DNA of 64,000 nt from the NCBI GenBank assembly GCA_034226945.1, contig CP120458.1, positions 682,001-746,000 of the forward strand, given 5' to 3'. Source of the stretch: Picochlorum sp. SENEW3 (taxonomy: Eukaryota). The notes below the pieces were generated by a model that worked only from the letters and a program-made list of their open reading frames with translations, did not search any database and was not told the origin of the DNA. Made by a program: the position numbers and the translations under genes. This document shows positions 49,471-60,660 of this stretch, piece after piece. Position 1 is the first letter of the stretch. Each line of letters starts with the position of its first letter.

Positions 49471-50623
49471 TGTGATGGGATGCTGTTATTCATAGATAGA
49501 GAGTGTCCAACCGTCCGGTCAAATTGGCATGTTCATAGGCGAAATTCGTCGATTCATGACACCTGAGTTTGGGCTAAGGCTGTTACTGCTCAAGCTTGAG
49601 CCTTAAGGCTAACTGCCCCAGGTTCCATCGCCCGGGTGGAAGCATAATCTACAGCAATCTGCTATGTTTTGGTGCATATTTGCTCCTGAATGTCATTTAT
49701 CGTGACGCTTCCATGCGCAAATGTCATAAAGACCAGATGCTGCAATGCTGCTTTCTTATGGCTCTCAATACGGTGCTGTTGTGGCCATGATGCGCGATGC
49801 ATTAGCCCAAGGCTCATATGTACATGCGATTGTGAACGTGAGGATTGATGGCCGATATAGCTGCTCTTTGTTGGCACAGGGGCACCGATACAAACCTCAG
49901 AGCAGTAGAATCAATGTGGTTCTCTCGAGCTGTGACGTTTGATCATGAAGATCAAGCATGCCATCGAGATTGGTGTGTGTTCTGATTCTAGACAGAATCA
50001 ATGTAGATGCAGCGCTTCATCCAACCAATGTACAGAAGATTATCTCTTCTTTCACAGGATAGTTTGAATTAGAGGTTGCCACATGAGAATAAATCTTCTC
50101 AGTATATGAAATTGACCATGATGACCAGATCTCTCCTAGGGATCTCATCTCCCTAGATGTTGACAAGAGATCTCCTCCCACAGGGACGTAGCTCTCTGCT
50201 ACAGGGGATGTGATTCCAAGAATGGAAACGCAGGTCTGCTCAGCCAAATCACGAATTTGGGAGGTTTGTATCGATATCAGGCAATGACAAATAGCAAATA
50301 AAACTCCGTCGGTGTATGGAGAACTGCATTTATGCAATGTCAGTTGAACCAGTGATCAGTCTACACTGCTATAATGCAAAGGACTTCCAAGGATCTTGTG
50401 AATTACCATGGGGGCCAAAGAAATCAAGAACGCTTGGAAATACATATTAAGGACCATATAAGGTTTCAGTCTCGCCACAAGATTGTCACTACATGCTTGT
50501 TCCCAACTCAGGGCTTGGACAAACCTGGCCTACTGAAAGGGCGGTCCATCCGCCCTTTCCATCCAAACATCACTAGGTCGATTCAAATGTCATGAGACTC
50601 ACGTCAATAAGGGGCCCGCGAGA
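49471..50623 (+). repeat. Degenerate dispersed repeat, copy 1 (two internal deletions relative to copy 2)
   Basis: Aligns with 60661-62373; both end in GTCAATAAGGGGCCCGCGAGA. Confidence 0.85.
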
Positions 50624-50626
50624 ATG

Positions 50627-53600
50627 TTTTTTTTTTTATAGGGGATTATTAAACAGTCGAGAAATATGACGAATATCTTCCAAATCATACAAGCCCCACA
50701 GGAGGAAATCCCTAGATAAAATGACACAGAGGGAAGAGGGACCAAGGGAAGCCGGCAACACAGAGGACTCAGAGGATGTGGTGTCTGCAGAGACACGCAC
50801 TGTGGCGAGCAACACAGCGACGTCAGGCCTGGGCAACTCTGAAGAAGCACACAACAATCTGCAGGACCTGATAGGGGAGGAGAGCCAGAGGAGGATCACA
50901 AGAGCCTCGACCAAAAAGAGGGAGCAGCAAGGCTCACCAAAAAAGAAGCTAGCCACAGGCCCCTCACCAACGGCATCGCCTCAGAAGAAGGCGCATGCCA
51001 TCCGCAAGTAAATCATTATCCATGATGATGAACGGCTTGAACTTCATGACATTCAACGTAAGAGGCTTGACCCCAAACAAATACAGTGCCATGATGAAGC
51101 TGTTAGAAGATCACAGGATTGATATTGCCCTGATACAGGAAACCCATCTCAAAGGAAACACAGACGAACACAACTTTACAGACCTACTCGATAGAAACAC
51201 ACAAGCAGAATGGAAAACATTTTGGCACAATGATCGCCAACACGGCAGAGCTCGAGGTACAGCAATTTGGATCCGAACCTATCGGCAAGGCAGAGCACCA
51301 ATTCACCTCCACCCCAGCACAGTGACAAGGAAAGGCATGGGCCGCATGATCAGTCTTTCACTGGACTGGTCGGGACATAAACTAAGAATAGGAAATGTGT
51401 ATATGCCTACCACCTCCACCTCCAACCACTGGACGATCAGCACGGCTCTGATCAACCACATCAAGAAAGATACACAGAGAACACAGGGAATCATTTATGC
51501 TGGAGACTGGAATTTTGTTGAAGACCAGACACTGGATACCACCTCCACAAAGAGAATCAACAACAAACAAGAACAATACCTCATCAGGTACTGGAAAGAA
51601 ACTGTAGGGAACTCGATCACAGAATGCCAACAGGAGACACTGAGACAGAAACACATGTACACACAACACCATGGAACCATGGAAGGAACTATTCATAGCC
51701 GCCTGGACCGCTTCTATGCCTCGTCAGACATGACCAGATATATCACACAACCTATCAAAACGATAGAGATCCACAGCTACGGAATAGTATCAGACCATAA
51801 GCCAGTCATCATGAGCATCATCGGGAAATTGCCCCATAAAGATGCTGCACCCGTGCAGAAAGAATACATGAAAAGGATTAAAACCGCAGCAAAATGCCAC
51901 CCACTTGCAATGAAGGAGGCGAGGAACGCATTCGAGGCTTTCCTCTCCTCATTCCAGGGTGGTGTTTGGCTCTCGGAGGAAACCCAAGGGTCTCTGCCGG
52001 ACACTGACAGACATCGGATGATACTCGAGCAGTATCCACATATTAAACGCCAACTGGGGAAAATATGGAACCAGGCCTCGAACCAAGCAATTGAAGCACT
52101 GAAGCTGGCTTTACATCAAGCCGAGGAACAGGGCATTGACCGACACATCAAAGATTGCAAACGACAGCTGCAGCAAGGGCAACAGGCAAATCGATCGGAT
52201 TCACACACGTGTATTCCAAATGACGCAATGGATAAACTCTCTTATCAGCTGCTGATGAGACCCAAGGGGAGCAACTGCATTGGAAGCTGACTGACCCAAA
52301 GTCACGGTATACTTATACCAGTCCCAAAGGCATCGCAAATTGCCTTGCCAACACGATTGCAGAGGTATCAAAGCCTCCGCAAACAAATCAGGAAGCCCAG
52401 CAGGAACTGATCGATTTGATTGCGGAGGAAGATCGCACTGTCTTCCCGACCTTTTGTAACCCCTCAGAGACAATCAGCTCACAGGAAGTCGCCAAAGCCA
52501 TCAGGAAAATCCGCAACTCCTGTCCTGGAGATGATGGGTTGCAGATTATCCACTACAGAAAGTTTAGCAAATGGATGTGTCCGATCTTGGCCACACTATT
52601 TTCCGCCATCATCGCAAGGAACGAGATGCCAGCCAAATTTCATCATGGCACGATCAGAGCCATTGAAAAGGGAGGAACCCTGACAGATCCCACCAATTAT
52701 AGACCCATCACCCTACTCAATGTGGACTACAGAATCTTCGGGTTTATCCTGAAGGAGAGAATGACTTTGAGCCTCCAGAACTTGATTCCAGCAACGCAGA
52801 CAGCCTTCCTGCCTGGAAGACAGTCAGCAGAAAACATATGGGCAGTACAGACCATCCCCTACTCCTACACAGAGACAACAGAGAAGCATTGATCGCCCTA
52901 TGCGACTTTCGCAAAGCCTATGACACGATTGATAGAAGCTTTCTGTTTCAGATATGCCATACACTCCAGATGCCAGACTACCTGGTGAGATGGATTCAAC
53001 TCATGCTCCAGGAGACAACCAGTAAGGTATATGCAAACCATTGCTTTTCAGACTACAGACAATTTCATGCAGGGCTGAGACAGGGATGCCCAGCGTCCCC
53101 ACTACTCTACCTGTTAATTGGATTTATGCTAGCTCGCCTGGTACAACACTCAGAACTGGGCATAACAATACCATGTCCACTCCAGACAGACCCAACACAG
53201 TCAGATACAGCCTTGAAGCTATGCCTTTTCCAGTTTGCTGACGACAGCAAACTCATTCTCGAAGAAGATCAGATCCCGCGCTTTAAACAGATTATGGCGC
53301 TGTTCGCTGAGGCAACAGGGCAGCACTTGAACAAGGAGAAGACCAAACTCTTGCCCATAGGCGCCCTCAAGACCCTGCATCACAAGCAACAGATCGATGA
53401 CTTCAAGGTCACAACAGAAGCAAAAATCCTAGGTGTGACACTACACTGCGGAATTGACGCTCCGACATACCATTGGCAAAGCAAAATGTCCCAACTCCAG
53501 CAGCTCACGGATAAAATCAAGCGTATGACAGGACTGTCCATCTTTGCAAAATTTGACCTCTTCAACAAATTTGTCACCTCCAAAGTACTCTATGCTGCAG

Positions 53601-55175
53601 AATTTATCTATACACCGCCATCCATAGTCGATGGCATCCATAAGATGGCAAGGAAGCTTTTACCACCAGATGCACCATGCTGGAAAAACGAAGCAATACA
53701 GTCTAGAGCCGATCTTGGCGGCCTGGGCATGCTCCCCTTTCGGGAACATATCAAGGCCCGTCAATATAAATGGCTCATCAAGCTTCTCGTGTTAGGCACC
53801 ACCACCGTCTGGTCCACGCTGGTATGGAATGCCACAGCACACTACAGAAGAACCAACAGGCCAACAAAGATCATGGCTCTCAGGCTCCTCACCCAGCCGT
53901 GTGAGTTACCGGGAGTCCACCCGGCTCTCATGGAATACAGCGAGGACAACGAGATCTCATTGCACTCGCTGATCAACTCAGTATTCAGGAATCCAACAGA
54001 AGAAAGACAGTGGAACTACTGCTGGCATCGCTACAAAGGAAACCAGTTGCCACTCCACAAGTATACGGTGAAAGATGGCACTCGCCTGATCACCATCAAC
54101 TCGCCAGACCCAGTCAAATGGCAGCAAGCGACCAACAATCAGATTGCTTGGATACACACTGTGAGCGAGATACGGCCCAGGTTCGGTAAGATGCTGGGAA
54201 ACATCAGAAAATGGTGGAGAGCACGGGTGCCCAACCCGTGGAAGGCGATCATATGGCATATAAACTCAGGAGGGCTCCTCGTGAGTCATCTCCCAGCGGA
54301 GAGGCGCAAGGACTGTGCATGTGGACATTCGAAGGCATCAATGGACCATTATGCCCGAGAATGCCCTATTGCCAAACATGTCTACAGCCTCCTCAAACCA
54401 GAAAGCATGCTTGCTGGAACAAACAGCCATTTCCAACTCCTTCTTCACAACATATGGAGCAACACATCTCCAAAGGATGTGGACGATGCCATATGGACTG
54501 AGATTAGTATTATTACCATCAATGCTTTGGATGTGGGCCGTAAAACAGCCTACAGACTCCTCCACCACTCCACCACAGAACATCCACCACAGCCACAGGA
54601 TATCATCAGAAAGGCCAGCCACACAGCAGAGCAGTACTTCTGGGAACTGCTGAAACAACGAAAGCCAGCTTCCCTCCACCATCGCCAACAATGAAAGAGT
54701 TGCCATTCCTGAAATGGCAACCTGCTAACAATCGCTGGGTGTTACAGAAACCCCTGATATGGACCCTGACTAGAAACAGATCAGTGACACTCGTGCAGTG
54801 AACAAGGAAGCGCTTGCCACTTCCAGGACAAACATCAGCATTCCAAGAGAGACTATAGTCAGATTTGCCTGAAGTATGACGGCCCAACTGCTCCTGTACG
54901 GTTTAGTGGTACCCATGGTAAAAATTTCACAACCTGGAGCAGTCGTCATATGGAAGGTCGAGGAAATCTGTTTCATTCACTATGCTACACTCGCTCAAAC
55001 AAAACACTACAGAGGAGTATGTCCAATGGACAATGTACAGGTCGGGAGGTTTTGTATCCCTTTATAAATTCCTCAACATTTTATTTAGGGATTTCCTCCT
55101 GTGGGGCTTGTATGATTTGGAAGATATTCGTCATATTTCTCGACTGTGTAATAATCCCCTATAAAAAAAAAAAAA
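50627..55175 (+). mobile_element. LINE family A, copy 4: 5'-truncated copy fused back-to-back with an inverted 97-bp 3' tail
   Basis: Poly(T) plus inverted tail at 50627-50723; forward copy 50721-55175 ending in poly(A); 3-bp ATG microhomology at the join. Confidence 0.95.
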
Positions 55176-55482
55176 TACATATAGCGTGAAGCAAGGAACT
55201 AGCTTGTTCACACGAGTAGATAGACAGCACCGACAGCGCGACGCCATACAGAGAAGTGGCCTTGTTTTAGGCCCTCAGCTCGTGGGGGGCCAGAACAAGA
55301 CCCGGAAGAGAAACACGTGTTTATTTATTTATTTTGCTCAATATTAGTTGTATATAAACGTGAAATGATGTGTTGTCACGGGCTAAAGATCACGCGTTGG
55401 GGTTGGCGCACGTGTGGCGGTAGCAGAGCTCACACCTGGGTTGATCTTCCACTGCAGACCAAGACTTGTGGACCCTTGAAGC

Positions 55483-56826
55483 ATGATGAGCGAACCCGAT
55501 CAAGATGGAAACACACACAGGATTGTCCAGCGTGATTACCACCGTCCGAAACCTGTCACCAAGACTCTGAAGCACCTGAGACGAGTTGCCAAATCTGCTG
55601 AGCACACTCTCGGGAGGAAGATGTCAACGTTTGAGGGTGGGCAGTATGTGCTGTTGGTCAAAGCTCTCAGGCAGAACAGGAGCGGTCAAATGCATGGTAC
55701 GTGCAATTTTTCGCTACTTTGAGGTTAGTTCATGTTAGTTCATGAAAGAGTTCTCTTTGCTGCAGAGGTTGTGGAGATTGTGGGCTCCCCAGGTTTGAAG
55801 GAGTCTTTTAAAGCACACCAAAGTGATGTGTTGAATGGCATTCCAGCAAACAAGGACGATACCGATGCACCAATCGGCGAGGCCTGTGATCCGTTCCACA
55901 AAGGCGCTATGGTCGCTGAAATACTGTCTGATGTAGAAGATCGAGATCCAGGCAGGGACACCAACACTTCCAGTCCAGATGCGCCAGTACTAAAAGGAGG
56001 TCCAAGCATGACAAGGCTGCCACGGCCAGATGCAGTCGTACCGCCAGAGGACTCACAAGATTCCATTCTCGATATTGGGGGTTTTGGGGATGACGTAGAT
56101 GAGGTCACTCTGATGGACTGGACTGCCCAGCAGGGTGGGAATGTGCCTCCAGTATCCCAAGCATCTTGTTATTCTGCCCTCAAACAACCACGCGTTGCCT
56201 GCAAGGGCGTTGCTCAGAAAGATACACCTGGCAACGAAGATTCGTGGAGATCACTGGTGCATTCCGACGACCCACTCCTGTCGCTGATCCCATGCAAAAT
56301 ACCACCTCTGGCATCAGCGCTACAACAATGTCAGCACAACCACCTGGAAGCATACAAGCGCCTAGGTCTCCTTGTCTCTGGTACGAGTGACTTGACTGTC
56401 GGTTTGTTTCTTCTGTAAAGCTGTGAGGGTGTCAATGTCGACATGAGTTAATATACTGAGTGTATGTATTGTGCAGATGACTTGAAAGGATGGTTTGAAA
56501 CTGGGGTTGGCCATGCCGTATGGAGCACCGTGCATGCACATTATCCTCAGGTGCTTGATCCCACTTTGGTTGCACGAGAAAGAGTGCGTAATGCAAAAGG
56601 TGCATCAACAGAGAGAAGTGAACTGGAATGGCATTCCAAGAGGAGTGAATTCTCCAAGTCTCAGCAGAGTGCACATCAAAGCATCCAAAGCGAGACACAG
56701 ACAGGCATCTTTGACCAAGTCTTTGAGAGATTCCGTGCTATATGTGTAGTATGGCTTATCCTCAGTACCAGTAATCAGATGGAAGCAAAAGATAAACCAG
56801 TCTGGAGCAGGCTCCTTTTTCGTTAA
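55483..56826 (+). CDS. Predicted three-exon gene of unknown function (55483-55696, 55766-56380, 56477-56826)
   Basis: Two phase-1 introns (GTACGT..TGCAG 55697-55765; GTACGA..TGCAG 56381-56476) join three listed ORFs in frame. Confidence 0.6.
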
Positions 56827-57054
56827 GCCTTGGCTGTTCTTTTTACATATAACTCGTGGAATGCAGAATTGATGTGCGTGTTTTCATCAGATGTATTTGT
56901 GCAGAATGCAACTATCGTTCTTAGTGTATGCAATGTTTTTCTTTTTCATTCAGCTATTTCTCCAATCTAGCACGAGAAAGTGGTTGGTCTCTTTCTGTTT
57001 GTCCCAGAAATCAGTGCTCTTTTGACAGTCCATCCACCTCATGTGTACAATCTT

Positions 57055-58208
57055 TTACAAAAAGTCATCATTTGTTGATTGTCGGAGCTTGATTCCCACC
57101 AAAACTCGACACTTAATCCCATTCACACGTCTGGACGCAGTCTTAACACATCTTCCTCGTGCAGGATCATGGAATTGCCTGAGTTTGGATCGCATCTTCG
57201 TGAGAGAGAACTGTAGTCCCAGTGTCTTCCATGCTGACTCAACGTCGGCAGATGTCGAAATGTCAGACTCGTCGCCAGTAATTTGAAAGATGTTGTCAAT
57301 AACAGAGTCGATGTCCTGGCCATCTTCCTGAATCATCAAATCAGCTTCATTCTGGATGCTTTCCGGAAGGTCAGGAAGCTCCCTGGAATAGTAACGAAGC
57401 AAAAGATGCCACACGATGTTTCCCATTTCTTCCGTCTCCAAGCTTTGCTTCAAAGAGGGATCTCCTTCTCTCCAAAATGATGGCCGTTCTTCCTCTGCCA
57501 TTGAGGTGAAAGTTCTCTTGTCCACATATTTGGCCTTGCAATGAACACCACACAAGTCTCCAAAGCATCCTTGGCTGAAACTTCCGACATTTCATTGGCG
57601 TTGTTCACCAGGGTACATTGAGGTGTGATACTGAATGGCATGCCATGGGGAACCCTGAGACGAATAGGGTCACCTCCTGACACAACTTGCTTGATCAGGT
57701 TTGCATCCAGCTTGTGCCCTTTCCCAATGCTTTCATTCGAAAACGCAAGACGACTCCACCGCAGCCCATACACCCATTTCAGTTCATATTCTGCATCACT
57801 TGCATGGGGAGTATCTCTGAATGCTTTGATATTGTATGTGCTGACGTACTCAGGCCCCAAGGCAACTCGGAGCGCTTTTTCAATCACTCCTTTGCCAGAG
57901 TTCCGGTCACCCAAGATGACGAACCATCTCTTATCTTCTGTGTGTCCAGCAACCGCTCTTGCAAGAATCTTTAATAGCGCTCTACCCTGCTCTTCGCCCA
58001 GCGTATCGAAAAACAGAGTCTTTTCAACATGGTCCAGCCTGTCTTCTGGTGGGGCTTGCTCAGGATACTCACGTGGAACAGATACGGTGGTCATATCTTG
58101 GGGACCCACCTCACGAAAAGTCCCCATTCCGAAATCATATACGCCATTCTTCCAAAAGACTTTCTGTCGGCAGCCCTGGCTTAGACGGGACGGGAAATTT
58201 GGATCGTC
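57055..58208 (-). pseudogene. D5/P4-primase-type superfamily 3 helicase (D5_N + ATPase + C-terminal region); one frameshift near 57555; start not identified
   Basis: FWKNGVYDFGMGTFRE (D5_N-like), Walker A GDRNSGKG, Walker B RLAFSNE, IKQVVSGGDPIRLR, motif C LVNNAN. Confidence 0.85.
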
Positions 58209-58641
58209 CTAGTGATATATATCAGTATGCATACTCTCCTCCATTGGTGATCATCATGGAGATTTGTACACCCTTAAATGACCTTCGATTCGGACAGCAG
58301 TGTCTGCTCATGGTGGGAAACGGGTACGGGACCGTTGTGCTGGTCTGCAACTTAGAGGTCTCACTGTCGAGATGAACCGGGGCAACTATCAATAGTTTCA
58401 CCACATATGACTATTATGTATATATATGAACTGGTTGTTGTCCTTTATCTCGTTGAATAGCAACATCTAGCGGTAACACGGGACGCCGCCGACTTCTCTG
58501 TCACATCTTTCGCCTTCGCACACCACTATGCTTTCCCTATATGGGGGACGGATATGAGTTAGTTTAAAAGATTTTTCACATAGACTGCGAGAAGATTTGG
58601 CGAAGGGTTCCTGTCACCAGGCGGGGTGGTTGGCAACTACC

Positions 58642-58898
58642 GGTGGAACACTGGAACACCTCTCAAACTTTTTTTTCTGGGAGATCACATTTTTCAGTAA
58701 CATCTCCTGGCCATAGATGAAAACATGTAAAAACTACTGTTCCACTGTTCCACTGTACCCAAATTTGTACTATTCTTTCCATTTTAACCTATAAATGCCT
58801 CACTTACACGTCAAAACCGAAATTTGTAGACCAAGGGGGAAATATACTACTGTTCCACTACTGTTCCACTACTGTTCCACTAGTGTTCCGGTGTTCCA
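58642..58898. repeat. Iteron-like TGTTCC(A) array
   Basis: Seven forward copies (58738, 58746, 58851, 58862, 58873, 58884, 58892), including 11-bp-period ACTACTGTTCC units, and two inverted copies (58644, 58652). Confidence 0.8.
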
Positions 58899-59131
58899 TA
58901 GTATCTCCCAGAATCATTCGACGCCGATTCCCCATATCTCTTTCACCCAATAACTTGTACTCAATAAGTTGCAGCAATTGAGGGAAAAAAGCAAGGTTAA
59001 CTTGTAACGGTGGTTGCCTCTCTGATCTCTACCATATCCCCACAACTGACGTGAGACCGCGGTAGTCACTCAATGATCCCAAGAGCGGCACATGCGTAAA
59101 ATTTCCAAAATTTTTTTCTCTGCCTCCATGT

Positions 59132-60157
59132 ATGAGAAAAACACAAGTATATGTAGAAGATCCATGGGATGTCGACTCCTATGCTACCAAGCTCAAGACA
59201 CTCTACAGAGCCATGCATGGCCTCAAGAGGACCTCCCCTGTGGACAATGCCAAGGTACGACAATATTCGGAATGGTTGGTCCCCAAGGTCGATGAACTAT
59301 ATTCGTATCTGAGAGAAAAGTACACAAACTTGTCTGTGCTGTCGTCCATGATGCTCCCGGTAGCATCAGCACTCAGGCAGGAACTCGGGGAGGATCATGC
59401 CATCACTACCAAATGGAGAAATGAGGCCACGGAACTGCGATACCGTGCTGACGAGGAAGCCTCCCATAACGTCCAAGATGAAGACTTTAAAACGTACCAA
59501 GAGATATGCAATCGCCGACACTCGATCAGGGAACAGCTGGACAAGGAGCCATCACATACCATCCAGTACTGGCAGTGGTTTGCCCTGTGCTTGTACACCA
59601 TGCAACCACCACTCCGAGCTGACTGGGCAACGTTGTCCATCATTGATGACGTTGAAAAAGCGTTGCCCGGTAAGAACCATCTTGTCCTCACACCAAGTAA
59701 CGCAATCATTCTGATCCAGTGTGACAAGGTCTCACACAGGAAGGGTGGAGCACACATTCCTGTCAAGGCCGAGCTCCACACTGTATTGTTGGAATCCATT
59801 CACAAATTCCCACGATCTGTGGTCGTTCCACGTACATACAAGACATCAAGAAATGCACTGTATCTATCGTATTGTCCAGACAAACCCATCACCAAGATCA
59901 ACTTGTCCCACTTGCTTGGTCAAACTATGGCTTCTCCAGACACCAAAACACCGTGGTCACGCCCAATCCAACGTCTCCGTACAGCATACTCCACCTACAT
60001 CACGTCAGTACCAGTATCGTACCATACCATGAAGACTGTGGCCGCCGCACAACGACACTCGGTGCAGACCATGTTAGTCCACTACAGGGTGGTACCAGCC
60101 TTTGCATCTCGTACCATGCAAGGGGACCCAAACAGCAACAGTAGCTCCACAGGATAG
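59132..60157 (+). CDS. Tyrosine recombinase, virophage/Polinton-like-virus (OLV11-like) type (341 aa)
   Basis: Catalytic pattern: QPPLRADW (R), DKVSHRKG (K), IQRLRTAYST (xxLR), AAAQRHSVQTMLVHY (H..Y); intact and intronless. Confidence 0.82.
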   Translation: MRKTQVYVEDPWDVDSYATKLKTLYRAMHGLKRTSPVDNAKVRQYSEWLVPKVDELYSYLREKYTNLSVLSSMMLPVASALRQELGEDHAITTKWRNEATELRYRADEEASHNVQDEDFKTYQEICNRRHSIREQLDKEPSHTIQYWQWFALCLYTMQPPLRADWATLSIIDDVEKALPGKNHLVLTPSNAIILIQCDKVSHRKGGAHIPVKAELHTVLLESIHKFPRSVVVPRTYKTSRNALYLSYCPDKPITKINLSHLLGQTMASPDTKTPWSRPIQRLRTAYSTYITSVPVSYHTMKTVAAAQRHSVQTMLVHYRVVPAFASRTMQGDPNSNSSSTG

Positions 60158-60660
60158 AACAAAACAGTTAAGATCCTTACGGTAGCAACCATGGCCGAGG
60201 TCATAACTGTATGTTGAGTATGATTCACATAATTCCACCCTAGGATAGGAGCTAGAAACGAACACACCGACAGCGCTAGCTTTTTCCCGTGCAATATCGT
60301 ACCCTATACCCCTTCCATCGTATATTTTATGTTTAACAATAATATTGTATTTCATAAATGTCAACGAACCTTGGTACAGAGGATGCTTCATCCACTTTGC
60401 AAGAGGTCCCAAAGAACAGGGCACTGGATCTCTCGCCAGTTCCCACTCATCCGATCGATTGATGGGTCTCGTTCATTTAAGGGTGTCATCCACGTAGAAG
60501 TACCACCGTAGAACCGAGGCCCCTGGTAGAACCCATGGCCCACAGACGAGATCACAACAGACCAGTGCCTCTCACTCGCGTTGGAAAAGCGCTGGGACGC
60601 CTCATGTCTTCAATCCAGTCGCTTCAACGAAAGATGTTTTCGGAACGGTCAAAGATCCAG

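Noticed and set aside
50535..50577. Helitron 3' end (GC hairpin followed by CTAG)
   Set aside because: The second copy has CTAT, homology continues about 45 bp past the CTAG, and no Rep/PIF1 helicase is present.
58222..58404. 60-aa ORF as the N-terminal primase domain of the helicase
   Set aside because: Non-ATG start, no primase motif recognised, and stops separate it from the helicase frame; an upstream exon cannot be excluded.
58642..58898. CRISPR-like array
   Set aside because: Repeats are 7-11 bp with no unique spacers of regular length; no cas genes; eukaryotic context.
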